Part shown: positions 35,968-44,085 of the stretch, in pieces
Layout: each line of letters starts with the position of its first letter
Numbering within the stretch: position 1 is the stretch's first letter
Assembly (NCBI GenBank): GCA_964470695.1
Contig: CAYYDR010000001.1
Coordinates: 529,997 to 593,996 of the forward strand
Length of the DNA: 64,000 nt
From: an uncultured Gammaproteobacteria bacterium
GTDB lineage: Bacteria; Patescibacteriota; Patescibacteriia; Patescibacteriales; UBA12465
Direction of reading: 5' to 3'
The notes under the pieces: model-generated
What the model saw: the letters and a program-made list of their open reading frames with translations, nothing else
What the model was told of the DNA's origin: nothing
Databases searched by the model: none
Made by a program: the position numbers and the translations under genes

Positions 35968-36501
35968 TTAAAAATCTTGATTCAAATCAACAGTAGTCTT
36001 CTGACCCTGACTATAATTTAAATCTGGGCTAAGACTATTATAAACACCTAATAAATTGATTTCTACGCTAATTCTTTTTTTATTTAAGACAATATTAGTA
36101 TTTTCTAGACGTAAAAAGTTAAGGTTAATAATATTAACTAAGTCGGAGCTAATATATTCAAGCGGCTGAGCACCCACTTGCCTGGTAATACGATTACCAG
36201 TAACGGTGTATTTTATTGATTGGCCGCCGACAGTAATGTCCAACAAGGTTGAGTTGGCGCCAACTACCGCGGGGCTACTAATAGCGGTAGCGGCTGAGAC
36301 ATCGCGCTTAATTTTTTCTATCACAAAATGAAAATTAGAATTCAGCTCGCTCTTTGCCTCAACATTAGAACCCCCTTTATTTAAAATTAAAAAAGTATTG
36401 GATACAATAATAGTCATGACGGCTAAAACAGCAATATATAAAGTCAGCTCCATTATCGTGAAGCCCGGCAACTTATTTTTTTTAGTCTGACTGAGTAACA
36501 T
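35968..36501 (-). CDS. prepilin-type minor pilin / pseudopilin
   Basis: Class III signal KLPG|FTIMELTLYIAVLAV with Glu at +5. Confidence 0.8.
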   Translation of the reverse strand: MLLSQTKKNKLPGFTIMELTLYIAVLAVMTIIVSNTFLILNKGGSNVEAKSELNSNFHFVIEKIKRDVSAATAISSPAVVGANSTLLDITVGGQSIKYTVTGNRITRQVGAQPLEYISSDLVNIINLNFLRLENTNIVLNKKRISVEINLLGVYNSLSPDLNYSQGQKTTVDLNQDF

Positions 36502-36525
36502 AATAAAATACGATCATCTTACGAA

Positions 36526-39500
36526 TTAAGGACTCCAATTAATTATAATATCATTGACTGTCGGCGTATAAGTGCCGCCGGTTGAGCAATCGGTAGAACA
36601 AATTTGCACTTTATATCTAAAATAACGTTTATTATTGAAAGAAGAAAAACAATTAAGCTCAATCGGGATGTCAGGATTCATATCATACCAATCGCTAGCG
36701 CCGCCCGCGCAGCTACTGCCAACATATGTCCAGGGGCCGCCAGAATTATCGGAAGCAGCCACCTGAAAACGGACCTTACCCTGATCAAAACTAGGGCCGC
36801 CTAGCAAACCGCGCCACATAATTGAATTATAGGCGGGACCATCAGCCACTCCGGTTGAATCAAATATAATAGAAGTTAATTCCCCATAGGCTGGGTAGCC
36901 AACCGCTACACTCGGCTTCCTCCATGTCACATAAAAATAAACACCAGAAGCCTGGTTAACTTCGGTCTGAGTACCAAGCTGGAAGCCGTTGGTAACGAAG
37001 GCCTTGATGCGCCCGGCCGCTTGAGCGGTCGTGATAAAATATTGGGTTAAGTCTCCGGCTAAAGTTTTTGGCCTTAGAACACCAGCCACAGCCGTATTTC
37101 TCTTTATCCAAGCGAGATCCGGATCAAGCCCGGGAGTAGTAATACTAAGATTATCAACTCCCGTACCAGTATAAGTACCAACCTTGAAGTTAGTGCCATT
37201 CTTGAATCCAAAATAAAAGAACAAACCAGCCGCACTATTAACGCTGGTACTATTACCAACTTGAAAACCATCCGTCGCAAAAGATTGAATATGATTAGCC
37301 GCATCAGCGGTCGCTGCATAAGAGCTAGTTAAGTCCCCAACGTGGCTAGAGGTTCTAAATACACCAGCTACAGCCGCTCCAGCTACTTTAACTGCCAACA
37401 TATCGGCCTGGAATGGCAGACGAGTAATACTACGATTATCAATGCCGTTGCCATAGAAGGAGCCAATAAAAAAATCTGACGATCCAGAATTAGTTTCTGG
37501 ATTCCAGGCATTACCAAAAGCCTGCCAATGATAGACAACGCCAACGGAATTAGTAGAGGCATGGGTATAGACGGTAAAACCATCAGAATTGATTGAAGTT
37601 ATTCCGCCCGCAAAGTTAGCTGTCGCCGCATCCAAATAGGCAGTGTAATCACCCGCCATTTGGCTGGTCCTAAATACTCCAGCCGTCGCGCCAGTGGTTT
37701 TAATCATGACTAAATCCGGTTTGAAATCTAACCCAGTAATATTTAGATACTGCCCGGTGCCTGTATATGTTCCAGTGGCCATCTTGAAAGTACCGGTAGA
37801 GTTACGGGTATTATTAGAACCGCCGAAGGCGGCGTAATAAATAGCATTGCCCGATCCATTAGAAGTAGCATTAGCGCCAATTTGAAAACCATCAGTGCGC
37901 AGAGCCTGAATAGAATCAACTAAATTAGCAGTGGCGGTAAAATAACTGGTACTATCACCATACGATTCGTCAATATTAAAAACTCCAGAAACAGCGGTAG
38001 TAGCATTGCCATTTTTTAGAAAAACAAAATCAGGAATAAAACCAACTCCAGTAATATTAGTATTATCAGTGGCATTGCCAGTATAGGTGCCCACTTTCAT
38101 AGAGCCAACCACCGCCTTGAAGGCCACAAAATAATAGATACCAGCACTGGCGTTATTGGTAGCGCCAACCGTAAACCCCGTGGCATCTAAAGTAGTAAAT
38201 AGGGCGCCGGCCGTATTCTGCGTCGTCGCCATAAAATATTGCCCGTAACTAGCGGGCATGGCCGAAGAACGCCAATTGGCCGCTACGGCCGTACTCTGTT
38301 TAGCAATCACTAGATCGGGCTGAAATCCAATAGTAACTGCTCTAGGGCTCGTTCCCGTGCCAGTATAGGAACCAACACAGAACTTCCCTGTCGCCGAGCA
38401 ATCTGAACCAGTAACCGCAATCCAGGTATATCTGGCGTTAGCGGTGTTAGCTAAAGTGGTGGTAACTGTAAAACCATCACTATTGATTATAATCGCGCCA
38501 GCAGTGTTGTCAGCGGTCGCCGAACCCAAATAGGCGGTGTTGAGAGCTGGCATAGCGCTCGTTTTCATGAGAGCTACGGCAGCATTGGTATTTGATTTCA
38601 AAATAATCATTTCTGGCTTAAAACCTAATCCGGTAATAGTTTTGGCTCCGCCGTTACCGATGTAATAACCGGTTTGAATGTTGTAGACTGGGGTAACGAC
38701 AGTCTGAGTAGAATTTTTCCTCCATGTCACATAAAAATAAACACCAGAAGCCTGGTTAACTTCGGTCTGAGTACCAAGCTGGAAGCCGTTGGTAACGAAG
38801 GCCTTGATGCGCCCGGCCGCTTGAGCGGTCGTGATAAAATATTGGGTTAAGTCTCCGGCTAAAGTTTTTGGCCTTAGAACACCAGCCACAGCCGTATTTC
38901 TCTTTATCCAAGCGAGATCCGGATCAAGCCCGGGAGTAGTAATACTAAGATTATCAACTCCCGTACCAGTATAAGTACCAACCTTGAAGTTAGTGCCATT
39001 CTTGAATCCAAAATAAAAGAACAAACCAGCCGCACTATTAACGCTGGTACTATTACCAACTTGAAAACCATCCGTCGCAAAAGATTGAATATGATTAGCC
39101 GCATCAGCGGTCGCTGCATAAGAGCTAGTTAAGTCCCCAACGTGGCTAGAGGTTCTAAATACACCAGCTACAGCCGCTCCAGCTACTTTAACTGCCAACA
39201 TATCGGCCTGGAATGGCAGACGAGTAATACTACGATTATCAATGCCGTTGCCATAGAAGGAGCCAATAAAAAAATCTGACGATCCAGAATTAGTTTCTGG
39301 ATTCCAGGCATTACCAAAAGCCTGCCAATGATAGACAACGCCAACGGAATTAGTAGAGGCATGGGTATAGACGGTAAAACCATCAGAATTGATTGAAGTT
39401 ATTCCGCCCGCAAAGTTAGCTGTCGCCGCATCCAAATAGGCAGTGTAATCACCCGCCATTTGGCTGGTCCTAAATACTCCAGCCGTCGCGCCAGTGGTTT

Positions 39501-40722
39501 TAATCATGACTAAATCCGGTTTGAAATCTAACCCAGTAATATTTAGATACTGCCCGGTGCCTGTATATGTTCCAGTGGCCATCTTGAAAGTACCGGTAGA
39601 GTTACGGGTATTATTAGAACCGCCGAAGGCGGCGTAATAAATAGCATTGCCCGATCCATTAGAAGTAGCATTAGCGCCAATTTGAAAACCATCAGTGCGC
39701 AGAGCCTGAATAGAATCAACTAAATTAGCAGTGGCGGTAAAATAACTGGTACTATCACCATACGATTCGTCAATATTAAAAACTCCAGAAACAGCGGTAG
39801 TAGCATTGCCATTTTTTAGAAAAACAAAATCAGGAATAAAACCAACTCCAGTAATATTAGTATTATCAGTGGCATTGCCAGTATAGGTGCCCACTTTCAT
39901 AGAGCCAACCACCGCCTTGAAGGCCACAAAATAATAGATACCAGCACTGGCGTTATTGGTAGCGCCAACCGTAAACCCCGTGGCATCTAAAGTAGTAAAT
40001 AGGGCGCCGGCCGTATTCTGCGTCGTCGCCATAAAATATTGCCCGTAACTAGCGGGCATGGCCGAAGAACGCCAATTGGCCGCTACGGCCGTACTCTGTT
40101 TAGCAATCACTAGATCGGGCTGAAATCCAATAGTAACTGCTCTAGGGCTCGTTCCCGTGCCAGTATAGGAACCAACACAGAACTTCCCTGTCGCCGAGCA
40201 ATCTGAACCAGTAACCGCAATCCAGGTATATCTGGCGTTAGCGGTGTTAGCTAAAGTGGTGGTAACTGTAAAACCATCACTATTGATTATAATCGCGCCA
40301 GCAGTGTTGTCAGCGGTCGCCGAACCCAAATAGGCGGTGTTGAGAGCTGGCATAGCGCTCGTTTTCATGAGAGCTACGGCAGCATTGGTATTTGATTTCA
40401 AAATAATCATTTCTGGCTTAAAACCTAATCCGGTAATAGTTTTGGCTCCGCCGTTACCGATGTAATAACCGGTTTGAATGTTGTAAATAGCCGCTTCAGT
40501 CTTATTAATCTGAGAAGAAAAAATATTACTCATCTTCCTATCTATAACATTAGGATCTTTTAAGGAAAGGTAAAGGGAGTCAACAACATTATGGTCACTA
40601 ATTACCTGAGATATTTCTTTAATCAAAGGTTCCGAAGGAAAGCCGGAAATAAAAAAGACAATAATTAGAATAAAGGCTGATGCAGATTTTAAAAATTTTC
40701 TAATTATTGGCGACATAATCAT
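36526..40722 (-). CDS. giant (1,398 aa) pilus-operon surface protein: N-terminal anchor, 12 ~100-aa modules (6 x 2), Cys-rich C-terminal domain
   Basis: Single uninterrupted ORF. N-terminal hydrophobic segment SASAFILIIVFFISGF. Recurrent module [FY]xxG[ST]YTG[TN]G...ITG[LV]GFxP[DE]hhxhK...AGVFR[TS]S...ATA...DGF[TQ][VIL]G...N...YY/FxxF. C-terminal ~130 aa carry 6 Cys. Start overlaps the upstream gene by 23 nt. Confidence 0.85.
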   Translation of the reverse strand: MIMSPIIRKFLKSASAFILIIVFFISGFPSEPLIKEISQVISDHNVVDSLYLSLKDPNVIDRKMSNIFSSQINKTEAAIYNIQTGYYIGNGGAKTITGLGFKPEMIILKSNTNAAVALMKTSAMPALNTAYLGSATADNTAGAIIINSDGFTVTTTLANTANARYTWIAVTGSDCSATGKFCVGSYTGTGTSPRAVTIGFQPDLVIAKQSTAVAANWRSSAMPASYGQYFMATTQNTAGALFTTLDATGFTVGATNNASAGIYYFVAFKAVVGSMKVGTYTGNATDNTNITGVGFIPDFVFLKNGNATTAVSGVFNIDESYGDSTSYFTATANLVDSIQALRTDGFQIGANATSNGSGNAIYYAAFGGSNNTRNSTGTFKMATGTYTGTGQYLNITGLDFKPDLVMIKTTGATAGVFRTSQMAGDYTAYLDAATANFAGGITSINSDGFTVYTHASTNSVGVVYHWQAFGNAWNPETNSGSSDFFIGSFYGNGIDNRSITRLPFQADMLAVKVAGAAVAGVFRTSSHVGDLTSSYAATADAANHIQSFATDGFQVGNSTSVNSAAGLFFYFGFKNGTNFKVGTYTGTGVDNLSITTPGLDPDLAWIKRNTAVAGVLRPKTLAGDLTQYFITTAQAAGRIKAFVTNGFQLGTQTEVNQASGVYFYVTWRKNSTQTVVTPVYNIQTGYYIGNGGAKTITGLGFKPEMIILKSNTNAAVALMKTSAMPALNTAYLGSATADNTAGAIIINSDGFTVTTTLANTANARYTWIAVTGSDCSATGKFCVGSYTGTGTSPRAVTIGFQPDLVIAKQSTAVAANWRSSAMPASYGQYFMATTQNTAGALFTTLDATGFTVGATNNASAGIYYFVAFKAVVGSMKVGTYTGNATDNTNITGVGFIPDFVFLKNGNATTAVSGVFNIDESYGDSTSYFTATANLVDSIQALRTDGFQIGANATSNGSGNAIYYAAFGGSNNTRNSTGTFKMATGTYTGTGQYLNITGLDFKPDLVMIKTTGATAGVFRTSQMAGDYTAYLDAATANFAGGITSINSDGFTVYTHASTNSVGVVYHWQAFGNAWNPETNSGSSDFFIGSFYGNGIDNRSITRLPFQADMLAVKVAGAAVAGVFRTSSHVGDLTSSYAATADAANHIQSFATDGFQVGNSTSVNSAAGLFFYFGFKNGTNFKVGTYTGTGVDNLSITTPGLDPDLAWIKRNTAVAGVLRPKTLAGDLTQYFITTAQAAGRIKAFVTNGFQLGTQTEVNQASGVYFYVTWRKPSVAVGYPAYGELTSIIFDSTGVADGPAYNSIMWRGLLGGPSFDQGKVRFQVAASDNSGGPWTYVGSSCAGGASDWYDMNPDIPIELNCFSSFNNKRYFRYKVQICSTDCSTGGTYTPTVNDIIINWSP
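36917..38685 (-). repeat. copy 2 (protein order) of a perfect 1,769-bp in-frame direct repeat
   Basis: Every sequence line from 36917-38685 was compared with 38717-40485 and is identical. The duplicated shadow ORFs in the track (37104-37319 = 38904-39119; 37383-37583 = 39183-39383) confirm the 1,800-bp period. Confidence 0.95.
38717..40485 (-). repeat. copy 1 (protein order) of a perfect 1,769-bp in-frame direct repeat
   Basis: As above. Identity begins exactly at the Tyr80 codon (40485-40483). The 31-bp spacer 38686-38716 encodes NSTQTVVTPV. Confidence 0.95.
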
Positions 40723-41689
40723 AAGCTGTCTTTGCTAATTCTCTCATAATTTCCTGCGCTCTAGCTACGCCACCGTTATCTTCAACCTCAACCATCACTG
40801 TTATTAAACAAGGGCGATTGGGGATATAGATAATCCCAGAATCTAAAAATACCACTTCTTTATATTCTTCTCCGATTTTATGAGAGAAAACAGCGCCTTG
40901 AGGTAGACCGGATCCTAAAAATTCATTAAATTTTGTTTCCGACAACCAGCGTAAAATTTTCTGAGAATTATCTCTGTTTAAATAACTAGCATTATAAAGA
41001 GCCCGAAAAATACGAGAATATTCTTTAGCCGTGATGTTATAATCCTTATCAAATAACTCCTCCATGCCTAGGGCCTCAAACATATTAGTATAATCTTCAC
41101 TACTTAGATTACGAACTAAAATTTTATGAGAGGTATTATCAGAATTAATTAAAGTTTCCCTAATTAATTCCTCAATCGTAAATTTAGTACCAGCCGACTT
41201 TTTATATAATTCGCCAAAACGCTCGTCCTTATCCTCGGGAAAAAGCACTAATTCATTAGACAATTTCCACTCACCGTCTTCCACTTTTTTCATAGCCGCA
41301 AAAACAGTCGGCATTTTACTTAATGAGGCCGGCCAAAAACGCGAATCCTGATTAATAGAAATATTGGCGCCAGTATTTAAAAACTCAAAATAAACGCCTA
41401 TTCTATTGCCGCTTGCCTCATACTTAGCGACAATTTCTTTCATTTTTTTACGAACTGGCTCAATCGTACTAAAAAAATATTTTTGCTCAATCACGCTTCT
41501 TGCCGGGTCTATTAAAGGATACTGATTAATTTCCTCAATAACAGAGCTGGGGTTATTGTTTTTCGTTACCAAAAAAATAGCTAATATATTTATTAATAAT
41601 AAAACCGATATTCCGGCAATAAATCTAATCTTGTTTTTATCTATTTTTGGCTGGCTTTCAGGGCCAGCTTGTTTAAATTTATGTCCCAT
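40700..41689 (-). CDS. membrane-anchored class-A beta-lactamase-like serine hydrolase
   Basis: N-terminal TM helix. SxxK (ASLSKM), SDN (INSDNT) and a KTG-like HKIG motif in the correct order and spacing. Confidence 0.7.
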   Translation of the reverse strand: MGHKFKQAGPESQPKIDKNKIRFIAGISVLLLINILAIFLVTKNNNPSSVIEEINQYPLIDPARSVIEQKYFFSTIEPVRKKMKEIVAKYEASGNRIGVYFEFLNTGANISINQDSRFWPASLSKMPTVFAAMKKVEDGEWKLSNELVLFPEDKDERFGELYKKSAGTKFTIEELIRETLINSDNTSHKILVRNLSSEDYTNMFEALGMEELFDKDYNITAKEYSRIFRALYNASYLNRDNSQKILRWLSETKFNEFLGSGLPQGAVFSHKIGEEYKEVVFLDSGIIYIPNRPCLITVMVEVEDNGGVARAQEIMRELAKTAYDYVANN

Positions 41690-41699
41690 AAATATTTTA

Positions 41700-42353
41700 T
41701 TAATTCGCTTGTATTTTTAAACTACCGGGCGTACTAATATCAATACTGGTGGCGCTATCATAAACTGTGCTAGGGCAAACAGCCGGCCCAGCCCCGGTCC
41801 CAGTCCAAGTAGTTTGGCCGCAAACCTTATTGCGCCAACGAGTTAAATAAGTATCTTTACTAATAGTCCGCCCATTCCAAGCAACGGTAATGGTAAGCTC
41901 TTGAGTTGAGGGGTCGTCACTATTACCAGCTGTACAGGGTGGCACGCCAGCTGTCGTTATGATATTTCTAGTAGTATTATCACGACAAACATTACTAACG
42001 GAAAAATAACGGGTATACACGCGGTCATTAACAAGAATAGTCTCTTCTCCACTGTTAACTATCCAAGCTCCGCCTAATTTTGACGGATAATAATGACTGG
42101 CCGGACTCTTAGTTAAATTATAGATATTCTGCCACTTAGAAAATCCAATACTTTCTGTCGCCTCAATTGCTTCATCAATCAAATTAACGGCCGCCATATT
42201 CTCCATGGCAATTTTATTGGCATTTATGCTAGAAACAATAATCTGCGCCACTAAGGGGGCAATAATAGCAAAAACGCCAATAACTACTAAGAGCTCTAAT
42301 AATAAAGCTCCTGGTAATTTACGACTCTTAAAGTTTTGATAGCTTATGCTCAT
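41700..42353 (-). CDS. prepilin-type minor pilin (PilV/PilW-like position)
   Basis: KLPG|ALLLELLVVIGVFAIIA with Glu+5. Cys-containing C-terminal domain. Confidence 0.75.
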   Translation of the reverse strand: MSISYQNFKSRKLPGALLLELLVVIGVFAIIAPLVAQIIVSSINANKIAMENMAAVNLIDEAIEATESIGFSKWQNIYNLTKSPASHYYPSKLGGAWIVNSGEETILVNDRVYTRYFSVSNVCRDNTTRNIITTAGVPPCTAGNSDDPSTQELTITVAWNGRTISKDTYLTRWRNKVCGQTTWTGTGAGPAVCPSTVYDSATSIDISTPGSLKIQAN

Positions 42354-42355
42354 GA

Positions 42356-42826
42356 TTAATTAATAAGCCCCTGAGTTTTGACGGAAATTATTTTTTGATT
42401 TGCCCCAAAAATTAAAACAATGTCAGCGACGTTGGTAGTCCCGGTTATTTTATTAAAAATAATATCAATATTATTCCCTTCCGCCGGCGAACTAAATTTT
42501 ATATTATTGTTCAAATAATTATCGCTTTCAATCACCTTGGCAACATCCGAGTAATTAGTTGGCGTGGAAAAAATCTGATAATAATCCGAGCTAGAATTTA
42601 TAAAGCGTATCCCCCAGTTGTTATTATCCTGCCCGTTCATAGCCCTGTCCCGAACATTTCTTAAATCAAAAGCGATAGTTCTGGCCTGATTATCAATCAT
42701 ATTATCCAGGGCAAAACTACCATAAAAATCTTTACTAAAAAGAGCGATGCCGACCAGAATAGCAATAACCAGCATTAACTCCAATAAAGTAAAGCCCGGC
42801 TTATTTTGGCAATAACGCTTAGTCAT
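42356..42826 (-). CDS. prepilin-type minor pilin (FimT/GspH-like)
   Basis: KPG|FTLLELMLVIAILVG class III signal. Confidence 0.85.
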   Translation of the reverse strand: MTKRYCQNKPGFTLLELMLVIAILVGIALFSKDFYGSFALDNMIDNQARTIAFDLRNVRDRAMNGQDNNNWGIRFINSSSDYYQIFSTPTNYSDVAKVIESDNYLNNNIKFSSPAEGNNIDIIFNKITGTTNVADIVLIFGANQKIISVKTQGLIN

Positions 42827-42836
42827 TAAATACTGC

Positions 42837-44069
42837 TTAATATTTAAAACTACCTACCATCTGATAAACGGGCATTAAAATTGCTAAAGCAATCAACCCA
42901 ACCGTTAGGCCCATAAATAAAAGCAAAGCGGGCTCTAAAAATGTAGTTAAATCCTTTAAAGCATTATCAACATCATCTTCATAAAAATCCGAAAAATTCT
43001 TTAAAACTTTCCCTAAAGTGCCGGTTTTTTCCCCCACGCCGACTAAACTAACTAATATCCGAGGAAATAAATCAGGCTCTTTCTTTAAGGCCTGGGATAA
43101 AGGAACACCGTTTCTAATTTCCTTATCAACTTTAGCCACCGCCTTTTCATAGCGGCTATTGCCGATTGACTTAGCACTTAAATTAAGAGCTTCGGAAATA
43201 GACAAAGAGCTATCAACTAAGCCGCCTAAAGTCCGAGCCAAACGAACTAAAATTATTTTTTTAACTAAAGTATTCACAACTGGCACTCTAAAAACGAGGT
43301 GGGAAAAAAATTTTTGGCCTGCCAATGTCCTTTTAAAATAAATAATTAAGGCGCTTAAACCGCCTACTAGTAATAAATCCAGCCAAAAGCTATAAGTTAA
43401 AAAGTTACTAATTTGCACCAAGATTCTAGTTAAAAGAGGCAGCTCAATATTATTCTGCGTAAAGGTCTTAGCTAATTTAGGTAAAACAAAAACCAGCATT
43501 AAAACTACTATGCCGATAGAAGTTAGCACCAGGATCAAAGGATAAGCTAAAGCCGACTTAACTCTCTTAATTAGTTTATACTCACGGGATAAATGACTGC
43601 TTAACTCTTCCAGGGCCTCGCTTAAACGGCCCGAAACTTCACCGGCCTTAATCATACCGATAAAAAGAGGTGAGAAATAACGGCTGTTTTTTTCAAACGC
43701 CTTAGAAAGAGGCTGACCGTTTTGAATATCAGTCTGGGCATCAACTAAAAATTTCTTAACAACTTTTTTTCCTGAATCAGCGATAAGGATATCTAAGGCT
43801 TCATTAAGACTTAATCCGGATTTTATAGTGGCCGTCAGGTTACGAATTAAAATTATCTTATCTTGAAAACTAAAACTTTCAAAAATAGCCCGTGAAGTAA
43901 AGGGCGTAATCATTAATTCTGAACCACGCGCGTTTTTCAGAGAAATTTTAACAGGGATAAGACGTTTTTGATTCAGGGCGGCGGCAGCTTCCTCGCTATT
44001 TAAGGCGTTAATTTCGTCATTAACTATACTGCCCTCCTCATTAACCGCCTCATAGATAAATAAACTCAT
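42837..44069 (-). CDS. pilC: type IV pilus platform protein (GspF/PilC family)
   Basis: Two GspF-type repeats with 3 TM helices. Sits directly after pilB. Confidence 0.93.
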   Translation of the reverse strand: MSLFIYEAVNEEGSIVNDEINALNSEEAAAALNQKRLIPVKISLKNARGSELMITPFTSRAIFESFSFQDKIILIRNLTATIKSGLSLNEALDILIADSGKKVVKKFLVDAQTDIQNGQPLSKAFEKNSRYFSPLFIGMIKAGEVSGRLSEALEELSSHLSREYKLIKRVKSALAYPLILVLTSIGIVVLMLVFVLPKLAKTFTQNNIELPLLTRILVQISNFLTYSFWLDLLLVGGLSALIIYFKRTLAGQKFFSHLVFRVPVVNTLVKKIILVRLARTLGGLVDSSLSISEALNLSAKSIGNSRYEKAVAKVDKEIRNGVPLSQALKKEPDLFPRILVSLVGVGEKTGTLGKVLKNFSDFYEDDVDNALKDLTTFLEPALLLFMGLTVGLIALAILMPVYQMVGSFKY

Positions 44070-44085
44070 AAATCAATAGCTAATT

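Noticed and set aside
37104-39383. Pairs of identical small ORFs (37104-37319 = 38904-39119; 37383-37583 = 39183-39383)
   Set aside because: They are alternative-frame artefacts inside the giant ORF, duplicated only because the underlying 1.8-kb DNA is duplicated. They are useful as confirmation of the repeat but are not genes.
36917-40485. Whether the 1.8-kb direct repeat is a CRISPR array, an IS element or a transposon
   Set aside because: - There are only two very long units, with no short repeat-spacer periodicity.
- There are no terminal inverted repeats and no transposase.
- Both copies lie in-frame within one continuous ORF.
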